DNA of 12,844 bases from Candidatus Aenigmatarchaeota archaeon (GTDB lineage: Archaea; Aenigmatarchaeota; Aenigmatarchaeia; Aenigmatarchaeales; Aenigmatarchaeaceae), in contig JBDRJK010000007.1 in assembly GCA_043814985.1 (NCBI GenBank), positions 1 through 12,844 of the forward strand, written 5' to 3'. Position 1 is the stretch's first letter, and each line of letters begins with the position of its first letter. A program made the translations under genes and the position numbers. The notes below the pieces were generated by a model that was not told the origin of the DNA, did no database searches, and was given only the letters and a program-made list of their open reading frames with translations. Of the stretch, positions 1-7,329 are shown in pieces.

Positions 1-1
1 T

Positions 2-910
2 AAACTAATCAACATTACAAATACAAGAACAGAAAGAGAGTACGTATTCATAAGAGAATTGTTTAGAAAAGAAGGAAATGAAGTAGTACAAAGTTTCTGC
101 CAGATAGTTGAAATAAATAAGAAATTAGGAAGTATAGTAAACGGATTCAAAAAATCTAATGAACAGATGTTAAAAACACAGAAAGTTGTTACCGAATTAC
201 TAAGATTGGAAGAGGAACTGAAGAGAAATAAAACCATTGAATCAAACAAAAATTTAAAGGAAATAGAGGATAAAAACAATAAAATTGAAAATATGTTAGA
301 AAAATTGCTTGATAGCGATGATTGGAAAATATTTTTAGAAATGCAAAAAAGTATGGAAGATTTGAAAACGGGTATACAAAATAAAAGAAACGATTTTATA
401 CAAGCTGTAGCAAAAGTAGAAAAACCTTTAAAAAAGTACAGGTGGTCTGTAGAAAATAAAATATTGGATGATTATGTACAAAACTCATTTGAATCTATTT
501 TATTTGAAGATCCCAAAGGAGAAGTTTTTATGTCCGCCATCAAAGATATAAAAACGAAATTACTTGAAGGTAAGATGGTTTTAAAGGATAGTGAAAGGTT
601 TCTAGACATTATGGAAAATATGACAAAAAACAAAACTATGGAAAAAATTATTGAGGATTGTTTAAAACTTTCAGAAAAGTTAAAGGAACAAAAAGAAAAA
701 ATAGCATTACAGGGAATGCTAAAAAGAAAGAATTATTTAGAAAGTGAGTTAATCAGATTAAAAAAAGAGCTGGAAGTAATTAAAGTCGAGAAAAAAAGAG
801 CTGAAGAACAAAGAAAAATAATGTATGAGAACAAAGAACAAAAATTAAAAGAATTAGGAAATTTATTAAAAAATATCACTGGCAAAAGGATTTTATTGGA
901 AGTAAACTGA
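2..910 (+). CDS. Lys/Glu-rich coiled-coil hypothetical protein, 5'-partial
   Basis: The frame is open from position 2 with no stop before the TTG at 59, so the true start lies upstream of the window. K/E/L-rich helical composition. Confidence 0.85.
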   Translation, partial: KLINITNTRTEREYVFIRELFRKEGNEVVQSFCQIVEINKKLGSIVNGFKKSNEQMLKTQKVVTELLRLEEELKRNKTIESNKNLKEIEDKNNKIENMLEKLLDSDDWKIFLEMQKSMEDLKTGIQNKRNDFIQAVAKVEKPLKKYRWSVENKILDDYVQNSFESILFEDPKGEVFMSAIKDIKTKLLEGKMVLKDSERFLDIMENMTKNKTMEKIIEDCLKLSEKLKEQKEKIALQGMLKRKNYLESELIRLKKELEVIKVEKKRAEEQRKIMYENKEQKLKELGNLLKNITGKRILLEVN

Positions 911-941
911 TTTTTATTGCCCTATCTAAGTTGTTAGGATG

Positions 942-960
942 TAGAAAAATCAAGATTTAA
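942..960. repeat. Junction motif copy TAGAAAAATCAAGATTTAA
   Basis: 19/19 identical to 1259-1277. Contains the last codons and TGA stop of ORF 950-1177. Confidence 0.85.
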
Positions 961-1177
961 ACCCTCTTTTTTCATATTCAAATTCCATCTCTTCTTGAAA
1001 ATCTGGCGGGAGAACAAGCCTATTAGCATATTCATAAACATTTGAAAAACTTTTAAAATCCAATTCCTTTATTTTTTCCAGAAGCCCTGCTAATCTGCTT
1101 GCTGTAATACAAGTATAAGGTTTAACTCTCGGTGCTTCTGTACACTCACGAAGACATCCTTTAATTTCTTCAGCCAT
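950..1177 (-). CDS. Hypothetical protein, 75 aa
   Basis: ATG lies 29 nt downstream of a TTAAAT box starting at 1206 on minus. Ends inside the junction motif. Confidence 0.75.
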   Translation of the reverse strand: MAEEIKGCLRECTEAPRVKPYTCITASRLAGLLEKIKELDFKSFSNVYEYANRLVLPPDFQEEMEFEYEKRGFKS

Positions 1178-1213
1178 ACTTAGTTAAAGGAAACAAAACA
1201 ATTTAAACACAAA

Positions 1214-1246
1214 CTAAACGCCGCCGTAGAATGTGAGTGAGACCAT
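1214..1246 (-). pseudogene. 10-codon stump MVSLTFYGGV*, resembling the N-terminus of archaeal MBL-fold/beta-CASP hydrolases
   Basis: ATG lies 31 nt after the TATA within motif 1259-1277. The peptide matches the recalled family start 'LTFYGGVxEIGGN' and then stops. Confidence 0.5.
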
Positions 1247-1258
1247 ACTAAAAATTTA

Positions 1259-1277
1259 TAGAAAAATCAAGATTTAA
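1259..1277. repeat. Junction motif copy TAGAAAAATCAAGATTTAA
   Basis: Its TTA at 1274-1276 is the TAA stop of ORF 1274-1582. Identical to 942-960. Confidence 0.85.
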
Positions 1278-1582
1278 GAATTGATCAAATAGTGTCCGGC
1301 AAGCCCAACCCTTCTGAATACATCTTCGCAGTTGTTGTCTTCTGGAGTTCCGGTACATTCCATGCATGAATTGCAAGCAGTCTGAAGATACTGTTTTGTC
1401 AGCTCCTCTTTCCCAAAGTTCTTTTCAGCATAATCAACAAGGTCCTTTACCATTGTTGCCCTATATTTGCACTTCTCTGTGTTGCATTGTTCAGGGCTGA
1501 CAGTCCCGTCTTTGTGGAAACTTTCAATAATGGCTGCGAATTCCCTTTTGGCTCTTGCCCCAGGCAGGAAATTAAGATTCAT
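1274..1582 (-). CDS. Hypothetical Cys-rich protein, 102 aa, possibly metal-binding
   Basis: Six Cys, including CNSCMEC. TATA at 1611 is 29 nt upstream of the ATG. Confidence 0.75.
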   Translation of the reverse strand: MNLNFLPGARAKREFAAIIESFHKDGTVSPEQCNTEKCKYRATMVKDLVDYAEKNFGKEELTKQYLQTACNSCMECTGTPEDNNCEDVFRRVGLAGHYLINS

Positions 1583-1616
1583 AAAATAATTTTACACATA
1601 AAGCAATTTAAACGGA

Positions 1617-1634
1617 TAGAAAAACCAGATTTAA
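1617..1634. repeat. Junction motif copy TAGAAAAACCAGATTTAA (1-nt deletion)
   Basis: Lies 11 nt after the stop of ORF 1646-2023. 1605-1628 matches 4065-4088 at 20/24. Confidence 0.8.
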
Positions 1635-1645
1635 TATCCTAACCC

Positions 1646-2023
1646 TCATCTCCTGTCTTTGGACATCATGTAAAGAGGCACTGTGATAACCAGACCGACA
1701 AGATTGACAAACAATACAGGATAAATCCAAGTGTATTCAGGGCCTATCCGGCCATGAAGAATGATGGTCATGAATGACCCCTGAATTAAGTATAATACTG
1801 AAAACAAGAATGCTACTGACAGTATGGTCAGATTTCTTTTGTTATCTCCTTCCAAGGCACAGTAAACAGAAAAAAGGCCGGTGGCTAAAAAAATAGCAGA
1901 CCTGTAAAGGGGAAGCGCGACAATTGGAAGGAAGGCAAGCGTATAGAACGAGTAGAGAACTAAGACTATACCCACCACGATCAGGACAAACATCAGGGTC
2001 TCCTTTACTGGAATGTCCTTCAT
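1646..2023 (-). CDS. Hypothetical membrane protein, about 4 TM helices, 125 aa
   Basis: Four hydrophobic stretches. TTATAT box starting at 2053 is 30 nt upstream of the ATG. Confidence 0.8.
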   Translation of the reverse strand: MKDIPVKETLMFVLIVVGIVLVLYSFYTLAFLPIVALPLYRSAIFLATGLFSVYCALEGDNKRNLTILSVAFLFSVLYLIQGSFMTIILHGRIGPEYTWIYPVLFVNLVGLVITVPLYMMSKDRR

Positions 2024-2028
2024 ACTAT

Positions 2029-2460
2029 CTATATAGAAAAACTCAGAATATAAGGTTCGATAGAGGAGAAAACCCTTTGTTTAAGAACACATTCTACCTT
2101 TTCACAGTCGGCTTTTTTGGACCACTCCTCCTTCACATAACCAATTGGAACAAGCCCCTTTGGCGTCCTATCATGCTCGAAGGTGATGCTCTTTATTTTA
2201 GCATTCTCCCCGTTTACTATGGCTGGGAACTTTATCTCAGTTATTACCTTTCCGTAACTTGACCAATCCTTGTCCCTTTTTTCCAAAGTCGTGTTCGTTA
2301 GATTCACATAGACAGTGCCTATTTTTTCAACATCTTTCTTGAGGCAGTCTGTTATTGAGTTCCCTTTCCCCTCCATTCTTTTTAGAAATTCAAAGCCCGA
2401 ATCCCTGTACATTAGTTCAATATCTAAGACATTTAGAAATCTTGGTTTTAGACCTTCCAT
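2029..2460 (-). CDS. Hypothetical protein, 143 aa
   Basis: TATA at 2489 is 29 nt upstream. The C-terminus YILSFSI reads through the junction motif. Confidence 0.75.
   Translation of the reverse strand: MEGLKPRFLNVLDIELMYRDSGFEFLKRMEGKGNSITDCLKKDVEKIGTVYVNLTNTTLEKRDKDWSSYGKVITEIKFPAIVNGENAKIKSITFEHDRTPKGLVPIGYVKEEWSKKADCEKVECVLKQRVFSSIEPYILSFSI
2034..2053. repeat. Junction motif copy TAGAAAAACTCAGAATATAA
   Basis: Overlaps the 3' end of ORF 2029-2460 and forms the promoter of ORF 1646-2023. Confidence 0.7.
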
Positions 2461-2515
2461 ACATTTGTATAGAACCTAAAATAATTTAAACCCTATTTTA
2501 GTAAACAGAGAACCG

Positions 2516-3055
2516 TTAAGATATGTAATTGAGATATTTTTTGCCCAGCCTTTTAAGCTCATCTTCTAATTTTATATTCAATTCCATCTGGCTTGGAGAA
2601 ATATCTTCAAGATCGATTATATCAAAGCCAGTAAAGGGCCCAACCATCATCATCTCAGTGTCAGCTTCGTCGTAGGAAACAGGATGTGCTTTCTTTGCTC
2701 TCTCCTCTTCCTCCTTTAATCTTGAAATAGCGTACCCCCTTTTGTTCAAAAGGTCTTTAATCTCCTTTTCTGTCAAATTCAAGGGCCTTATTCCAAACTC
2801 TTCGTCAAAGAAAGAATCATTCAGTAATGAAAGTTCTTTATCATTAAAACCGGCTCTGACACCAACGCAGATATGGTCATAGCCGTGCGGAGAGGTGAAC
2901 TTTAACCAGAACTGCTCTTCAAGTATTTTGTTTGCCATGATTATGTTGTAGCAGCCATTCTTATCCTTCCCATAGAAATACCCCCATCCTAATGGGTGGT
3001 TATCGTACCTTTTAATCAATTTTTCATTAAATTTTTTTCCTGCCATAATTTCCAT
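2516..3055 (-). CDS. Hypothetical protein, 179 aa
   Basis: TATA near 3084 is 29 nt upstream. Globular composition with C-terminal helix ISPSQMELNIKLEDELKRL. Confidence 0.8.
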   Translation of the reverse strand: MEIMAGKKFNEKLIKRYDNHPLGWGYFYGKDKNGCYNIIMANKILEEQFWLKFTSPHGYDHICVGVRAGFNDKELSLLNDSFFDEEFGIRPLNLTEKEIKDLLNKRGYAISRLKEEEERAKKAHPVSYDEADTEMMMVGPFTGFDIIDLEDISPSQMELNIKLEDELKRLGKKYLNYIS

Positions 3056-3078
3056 GCTTAGAATTGAGAGTAAAACAA

Positions 3079-3105
3079 TTTAAAACTAATTTCAAGCTTA
3101 AATAA
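3079..3105. promoter_or_regulatory. Back-to-back divergent TATA boxes
   Basis: TTTAAAA at 3079-3085 serves ORF 3055(-). TCAAGC-TTAAATAA at 3092-3105 has its TATA 31 nt before ATG 3129(+). Confidence 0.65.
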
Positions 3106-3128
3106 GCATTGAATACAAAAACACAGAT

Positions 3129-3575
3129 ATGAGATACGTAGTCCTCACTGGAATAATTATTATAATATGCCTTCTTCTAATATTCGCCTATGGCATTTCA
3201 GGAAACAAGCAGGCTCGAGTCTGCTTTGAATCCAACTGCTTTGATGTCAGCCTTGCCCTGACACCAGAGGAGCGTTCCCGCGGGCTCATGTTCGTTGAAC
3301 ACCTTGATGATGACAGGGGCATGCTTTTCGTTTTCGACAGGTCCGGCATCTATCCTTTCTGGATGAAGAACACCCTGATTCCTCTGGACATAATATGGCT
3401 TGATTCAGACAGCAGCGTCGTGTTCATTAGCAGGGACACGCAGCCCTGCATATCATCGACATGCGATTCCACAAACCCGGAGAAGCAGGCCAGCTACGTT
3501 CTGGAGATAAATGCAGGCATCTCAGACAGGATGAATATAGATATTGGCGACAAGATGACTATGGTTTTGGATTGA
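3129..3575 (+). CDS. DUF192 family protein with N-terminal membrane anchor
   Basis: Family motifs ERSRGLMF, GMLFVF, FWMKNTLIPLDIIW and YVLEINAG. Confidence 0.92.
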   Translation: MRYVVLTGIIIIICLLLIFAYGISGNKQARVCFESNCFDVSLALTPEERSRGLMFVEHLDDDRGMLFVFDRSGIYPFWMKNTLIPLDIIWLDSDSSVVFISRDTQPCISSTCDSTNPEKQASYVLEINAGISDRMNIDIGDKMTMVLD

Positions 3576-3578
3576 TTA

Positions 3579-3597
3579 TAGAAAAACCAAGATTTTA
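3579..3597. repeat. Junction motif copy TAGAAAAACCAAGATTTTA
   Basis: Fills the gap between two convergent genes and contains the TAA of ORF 3595-4044. Confidence 0.8.
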
Positions 3598-4044
3598 TCT
3601 TTTATCAGCATAGAAGTAAGCTTTCCTTTTAGACCTTTCCTTCTTTAAATAACCCATTATAACAAGTTGGTTCAAGTAGCCGCTTTCAACAGCTCTTGCC
3701 CTTTTGGTTTGCTTAGCAACTTCTTCCGCATTTGCCTTTTCAAGTTTGCAAAGCGTTACAGCTGTCTTTCTTAAATGGTCTGGCAAGCTAAGCAGGTCCA
3801 TTATGCCCATTTTTTCATCTATTATTTCAATATCGGATTTTTCAGTTCTCTCTCTTTCAGAAATCTTAAGTAGAGTGACATAGTTTTGAAATTCCCTGCA
3901 TTCCGGCTTGCTAAAAATACAACGATAAGTATCATCTGGGTCTTTTATTATTCCCCCTTCCTGATTGGGACCCTTACTACTGATATTGCAGTCGTAGCAT
4001 CTTGCCACAAAATTTATTTCTGAATTTTTACTCACATTTATCAA
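3595..4044 (-). CDS. Winged-helix transcriptional regulator with N-terminal Cys-containing domain
   Basis: C-terminal LSLPDHLRKTA...AEEVAKQTKRARAVESGYLNQLVIMGYL is an archaeal wHTH pattern. The N-terminus has CxxC plus two more Cys. TTG start 27 nt after TATA. Confidence 0.8.
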   Translation of the reverse strand: MINVSKNSEINFVARCYDCNISSKGPNQEGGIIKDPDDTYRCIFSKPECREFQNYVTLLKISERERTEKSDIEIIDEKMGIMDLLSLPDHLRKTAVTLCKLEKANAEEVAKQTKRARAVESGYLNQLVIMGYLKKERSKRKAYFYADKR

Positions 4045-4152
4045 GTATAGATAGAATACAAAATAATTTAAACGGATAAAAAGACTGGTTCCTTCATAAA
4101 AAATAAGTTTTGAAATGACTAGAATTTAATAGCTATTGCATAATTGTATTAT

Positions 4153-4938
4153 ATGTTAATGGAAAAATACTGGATGATTGTTGAGGAAGTTATAAACGAG
4201 TCAGACTTTGTCATAGAGGTAGTTGATTCCAGAATGATTGAATCGACCAGGAACAAAAGGGCTGAGGACTATGTCAGAAAAAATGGCAAGCAGCTGATAA
4301 TCGTTGCCAGCAAGTCGGATCTTGTGTCAGAAGAAACTATTGAATATTACAGAAGAAAATTCAGAAGGATCCCATTTTTCTTTGTGTCTGTCAGAGAAAG
4401 GGAAGGAGTCACGCACCTGAAGAAAAAAATGTTTGAGATTATCAAGAAAAGGTCCAAAACCTACATGATAAGCATAAGCGTTATAGGCTATCCCAATACG
4501 GGAAAGTCTTCGTTGATAAATGCCTTGTCAGGAAAGAGAAAGACCAATGTAGGGTCAAAGCCGGGAATGACGAGGAGCATCCAGTGGATAAAATTAGTTT
4601 CCAACATAAGATTCATAGATACTCCAGGCGTCATACCGATGTCAGATGATGACGAGGTAAAGCAGATAATGATGAACACTCTTGACCCTTCGAATTCCAA
4701 CAGGGTTGACGAAGCTGCAAGGGAGATTGTGAAAACACTTTTGAAACACGACAGGGATTCCTTTGAGAAACTTTACAATATCGAGACAAATGGAAAGACG
4801 TTTGAAAAAATTGTTGAAGGTATAGGCAAGTTGAGGAAGATGATGATCAAGGGCGGAAAGATAGACAAGAGAAGGGTTCACCTTAGAATAATAGACGACT
4901 GGCAGAAAGGTAAAATAATAATGAAAAAACAGAACTAG
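4153..4938 (+). CDS. Circularly permuted GTPase, RbgA/YlqF family (ribosome biogenesis)
   Basis: G4-G1-G3 order: SKSD, GYPNTGKS, PGMT, DTPG. Start is ATG 4153 or 4159 given the TATA at 4125-4131. Confidence 0.92.
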   Translation: MLMEKYWMIVEEVINESDFVIEVVDSRMIESTRNKRAEDYVRKNGKQLIIVASKSDLVSEETIEYYRRKFRRIPFFFVSVREREGVTHLKKKMFEIIKKRSKTYMISISVIGYPNTGKSSLINALSGKRKTNVGSKPGMTRSIQWIKLVSNIRFIDTPGVIPMSDDDEVKQIMMNTLDPSNSNRVDEAAREIVKTLLKHDRDSFEKLYNIETNGKTFEKIVEGIGKLRKMMIKGGKIDKRRVHLRIIDDWQKGKIIMKKQN

Positions 4939-4941
4939 AAT

Positions 4942-5079
4942 TTAAGAATCTATCATTTCTAAGAATCTTTTGATTATACCTTCTATCTCCTCTGCAAGCA
5001 TTTCAGCCTTTTGTTCTACCCATTTCTCAAATTTCTCTTCCTTGGTTTTCTTCTTGGCTCGCTTCTTCCTTTTAGGCAT
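4942..5079 (-). CDS. Microprotein, 45 aa, MPKRKKRAKKKTKEEKFEKWVEQKAEMLAEEIEGIIKRFLEMIDS (not in ORF track)
   Basis: Hand-translated. Basic N-terminus followed by an amphipathic helix. A motif half-site lies upstream at 5087, and the stop sits in TCT-TAA-AT context. Confidence 0.65.
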   Translation of the reverse strand: MPKRKKRAKKKTKEEKFEKWVEQKAEMLAEEIEGIIKRFLEMIDS

Positions 5080-5152
5080 AATAATATAGAAAAACCATAA
5101 TAAAAACCAGACGTTTAAACACCGGCTTTAATTCCCCGCAAACCATATATAT

Positions 5153-5263
5153 ATGATGAGAAGAAGCGTAAAGGGACTGACACGCGCGCAAAGAAAAGAG
5201 CTAAAGGGCAAGTGCCACAAAGGAAAAGGCAAGTCTCTTTGCTCCTGGTTCTTCGTGTATTAA
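5153..5263 (+). CDS. Basic microprotein, 35-36 aa, MMRRSVKGLTRAQRKELKGKCHKGKGKSLCSWFFVY (not in ORF track)
   Basis: Hand-translated. TTTAATT at 5127-5133 is 26-29 nt upstream. The ORF fills the gap up to the convergent rpoK stop. Confidence 0.5.
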   Translation: MMRRSVKGLTRAQRKELKGKCHKGKGKSLCSWFFVY

Positions 5264-5266
5264 GCT

Positions 5267-5452
5267 TTATTTGGCACTGCCGGGTCTTTTAACGTCTATT
5301 GGTATTATACCCTTTTCAAACTCCATTTGAGCAATCTCGATTGGGTCCTTCAACTTTGTCTTGACCATTAGCGGAGCTCCCCTTGATATCTGCAGAGCCC
5401 TCGCTCCGACAATCCTTGCTTTTTCAAACCTTGTGTATACCTTTTCTAACAT
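5267..5452 (-). CDS. rpoK: DNA-directed RNA polymerase subunit K (Rpo6)
   Basis: Rpb6/RpoK signature [21 protein letters not shown]...DPIEIA..EF..G.IP. Start is ATG 5452 or 5458. Confidence 0.96.
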   Translation of the reverse strand: MLEKVYTRFEKARIVGARALQISRGAPLMVKTKLKDPIEIAQMEFEKGIIPIDVKRPGSAK

Positions 5453-5466
5453 AATCATCAATCTTT

Positions 5467-5560
5467 TCTGATACAGTGTTTTCGAAATCTAAGCACATGC
5501 TGCTGTAAGGCTTTTCGATCTATCGTCTGTTGTCCTCAGCATGTCGAAATACACATCTGA
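5467..5560 (-). ncRNA. Candidate structured RNA / long hairpin upstream of rpoK
   Basis: Nested complementary arms GTGT/ACAC, TTTCGA/TCGAAA, ACATGCTG/CAGCATGT, AGG/CCT. Strand assignment is inferred from the flanking genes. Confidence 0.4.
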
Positions 5561-5574
5561 ATAAAATTCTATAA

Positions 5575-5664
5575 CTAACCGAATCTCCTTTTGATAAGTT
5601 CCTCTTCTGACCATTCCCTATGCTTATTCAGGGATATCTCCCTTTTTACGAATGTATTAACCAA
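5575..5664 (-). CDS. 29-aa microprotein, copy A, MVNTFVKREISLNKHREWSEEELIKRRFG (not in ORF track)
   Basis: GGTGA SD 5 nt before TTG. 20/29 identical to the paralog at 7330-7419. Confidence 0.8.
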   Translation of the reverse strand: MVNTFVKREISLNKHREWSEEELIKRRFG

Positions 5665-5815
5665 ATTAATCACCCTTAACTCTTCTTAATACCTCAAAGT
5701 TTAGAATAAGAAACAAAATACGATTTCTTATAACTTCAAGTATCTCCTTATAATAAATATGGCGTTCTAACTACTTAAAGCAGTTACTACTGTTTTATAA
5801 TAAAAATTATCAATA

Positions 5816-5834
5816 TAGAAAAACCGGGATTTAA
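5816..5834. repeat. Junction motif copy TAGAAAAACCGGGATTTAA
   Basis: Contains the TAA stop of ORF 5831-6061. Confidence 0.8.
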
Positions 5835-6061
5835 GGATTATTCTTCTTTTCCAATTTCGCAACCCTTCTTTCCAATTCCAGCATATTCTTGCCTAGAATT
5901 TCTATAAGTTCCGCCAATTGAATGTCCCTGTCTTCAGATTTCTTATCCTTAGCACTTTCTCGAGTGTCATGATTCTGCTCTTTGTCCTTTTGCTCCTTTA
6001 GTAACTTTAAGAGTTCATTCAGCCTTTGCTGCGGGGCAACATGCTCCCAGATGTCAGCCAT
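5831..6061 (-). CDS. Hypothetical coiled-coil protein, 76 aa
   Basis: Flanked on both sides by the junction motif. TATA at 6090 is 29 nt upstream. Zipper-like LERRVAKLE. Confidence 0.8.
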   Translation of the reverse strand: MADIWEHVAPQQRLNELLKLLKEQKDKEQNHDTRESAKDKKSEDRDIQLAELIEILGKNMLELERRVAKLEKKNNP

Positions 6062-6071
6062 ACTAAATATA

Positions 6072-6090
6072 TAGAAAAACTAAGATTTAA
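6072..6090. repeat. Junction motif copy TAGAAAAACTAAGATTTAA
   Basis: Occupies the promoter position of ORF 5831-6061. Confidence 0.8.
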
Positions 6091-6129
6091 GATTAAACGT
6101 ACCAAAGACCCGAAACAATTTGCCTGTAA

Positions 6130-6243
6130 TCAGGGATCGTATGCGGTGCCGCATGCCTGGCATATCAAAGCACCGGCCTTCTCGTCCCATTTGAGAACAT
6201 TGTTGAATACCCTGCACCTGCTGCAGCATATCTCCTGAACCAT
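6130..6243 (-). CDS. Stand-alone TFIIB-type zinc-ribbon microprotein, 37 aa (not in ORF track)
   Basis: MVQEICCSRCRVFNNVLKWDEKAGALICQACGTAYDP has the CxxC...D..xG.lxCxxCG pattern. TTTTAT box 28 nt upstream. Confidence 0.75.
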   Translation of the reverse strand: MVQEICCSRCRVFNNVLKWDEKAGALICQACGTAYDP

Positions 6244-6360
6244 TCTAAAAGTTCGGTAGGAAAGGATAAAAGTCTTTTCAGATAATTCAAAAAAATCGTC
6301 TCCTGACGTAGGTGCTATAAAGGCTTAAGAAACTTTCCCTTCAAAAATATTGAAGCCCTT

Positions 6361-6546
6361 CTATTCCTCTATGAAGAAATCGTCCTTCTCGTAGGAATAC
6401 CTGAAATTTGTCCTTAGGTTCATGTCCTTTATCATCCCATTCTCCCAGAACACCATTAATTTACCGTTGAACCTGTCCCTCTTCAGCTTGTCCAGCGCTT
6501 CCTTGGAGAACAATGAGTTAACTTTCTTCCTTTTCATAGAGACCAA
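6361..6546 (-). CDS. Hypothetical protein, 58-61 aa
   Basis: Compact ORF with FNGKLMVFWENG hairpin-like segment. TTG 6546 or ATG 6537 start, TATA-like TTTAAC near 6572. Confidence 0.65.
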   Translation of the reverse strand: MVSMKRKKVNSLFSKEALDKLKRDRFNGKLMVFWENGMIKDMNLRTNFRYSYEKDDFFIEE

Positions 6547-6685
6547 TACTAAAATTCATCTGAATAGTTAAATTGATTTGTCGGCTTGAACACGAGAATT
6601 AGAAAATAACCTCTGCTAAATCAATATCTTGTTCCATATTTTCCGGAAATAGAAAAAATAAAAACTTTCAACCAGAACTATCCTT

Positions 6686-7318
6686 ATGAAGATTGATTCT
6701 AAGGGCAACTCCTGGATAGCAATATCAGAATTCCACCAGCAGTCCTACTGCGAGGTCCAATTAGAGTTCAAGTGGAAGGGAATAAGAATAGAGACAGACG
6801 CAATGAAGAAGGGGACAGCCGTCCACGACCAAAAATTCAAGACATTTGAAGAAAAGACAAAGGGATTAGAAGAAGTGGATATAGTTAATGCAATAAAGCT
6901 GGCTGTGGAAAAGGATGAAAGATTCTCAGGAAGGGAAGTCTTCGTGATATCACCAACATTCAGGATTTTCGGAGTCATTGATTCGATAGAGATAGGGCCA
7001 AATGGCATAATGATAGCTGACGACAAGCCCTCCAAGTATGCCTACCTGTCAGAAAAGTCCCAGGTATTAGGCTATGCAATTGCCTTCAAGGACAAATACA
7101 GGCCTCCAGTTGACATCTTCATCTCGATCAAGAACAGGGACACTGGAGACATAGTCTGGGAGGACGTGTTAACTCAGGAATGGGTCGATTTCATGATGGA
7201 AAAGATTAATAGATTGCATGAACTGGCATTAGGCAAGCGCGAATTTGAACCGACCAAGAATCCCAAGAAGTGTTTGGCCTGTTCTTACAAAAAATTATGC
7301 AAGAAGAAAGTATGCTGA
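6686..7318 (+). CDS. cas4: Solo Cas4-like PD-(D/E)XK nuclease with Fe-S staple cysteines
   Basis: N-terminal YC, GTAVH, E...GVID...DDK, QVLGY and C-terminal CLACSYKKLC. No cas1/cas2 or CRISPR array in the window. Confidence 0.85.
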   Translation: MKIDSKGNSWIAISEFHQQSYCEVQLEFKWKGIRIETDAMKKGTAVHDQKFKTFEEKTKGLEEVDIVNAIKLAVEKDERFSGREVFVISPTFRIFGVIDSIEIGPNGIMIADDKPSKYAYLSEKSQVLGYAIAFKDKYRPPVDIFISIKNRDTGDIVWEDVLTQEWVDFMMEKINRLHELALGKREFEPTKNPKKCLACSYKKLCKKKVC

Positions 7319-7329
7319 AAATAAAAAAG

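Noticed and set aside
1924..2262. 112-aa + strand ORF
   Set aside because: Antisense shadow of two minus-strand genes that have promoters.
4488..4881. Two minus-strand ORFs (70 and 79 aa)
   Set aside because: Antisense to the clearly identified GTPase.
942..6090. CRISPR array or classical integron reading of the repeats
   Set aside because: Spacing is irregular and gene-sized, there is no RYYYAAC...GTTRRRY attC hairpin, and no cas1 or IntI is in the window.
6026..6238. 70-aa + strand ORF
   Set aside because: Antisense to the zinc-ribbon microprotein and overlaps ORF 5831-6061.
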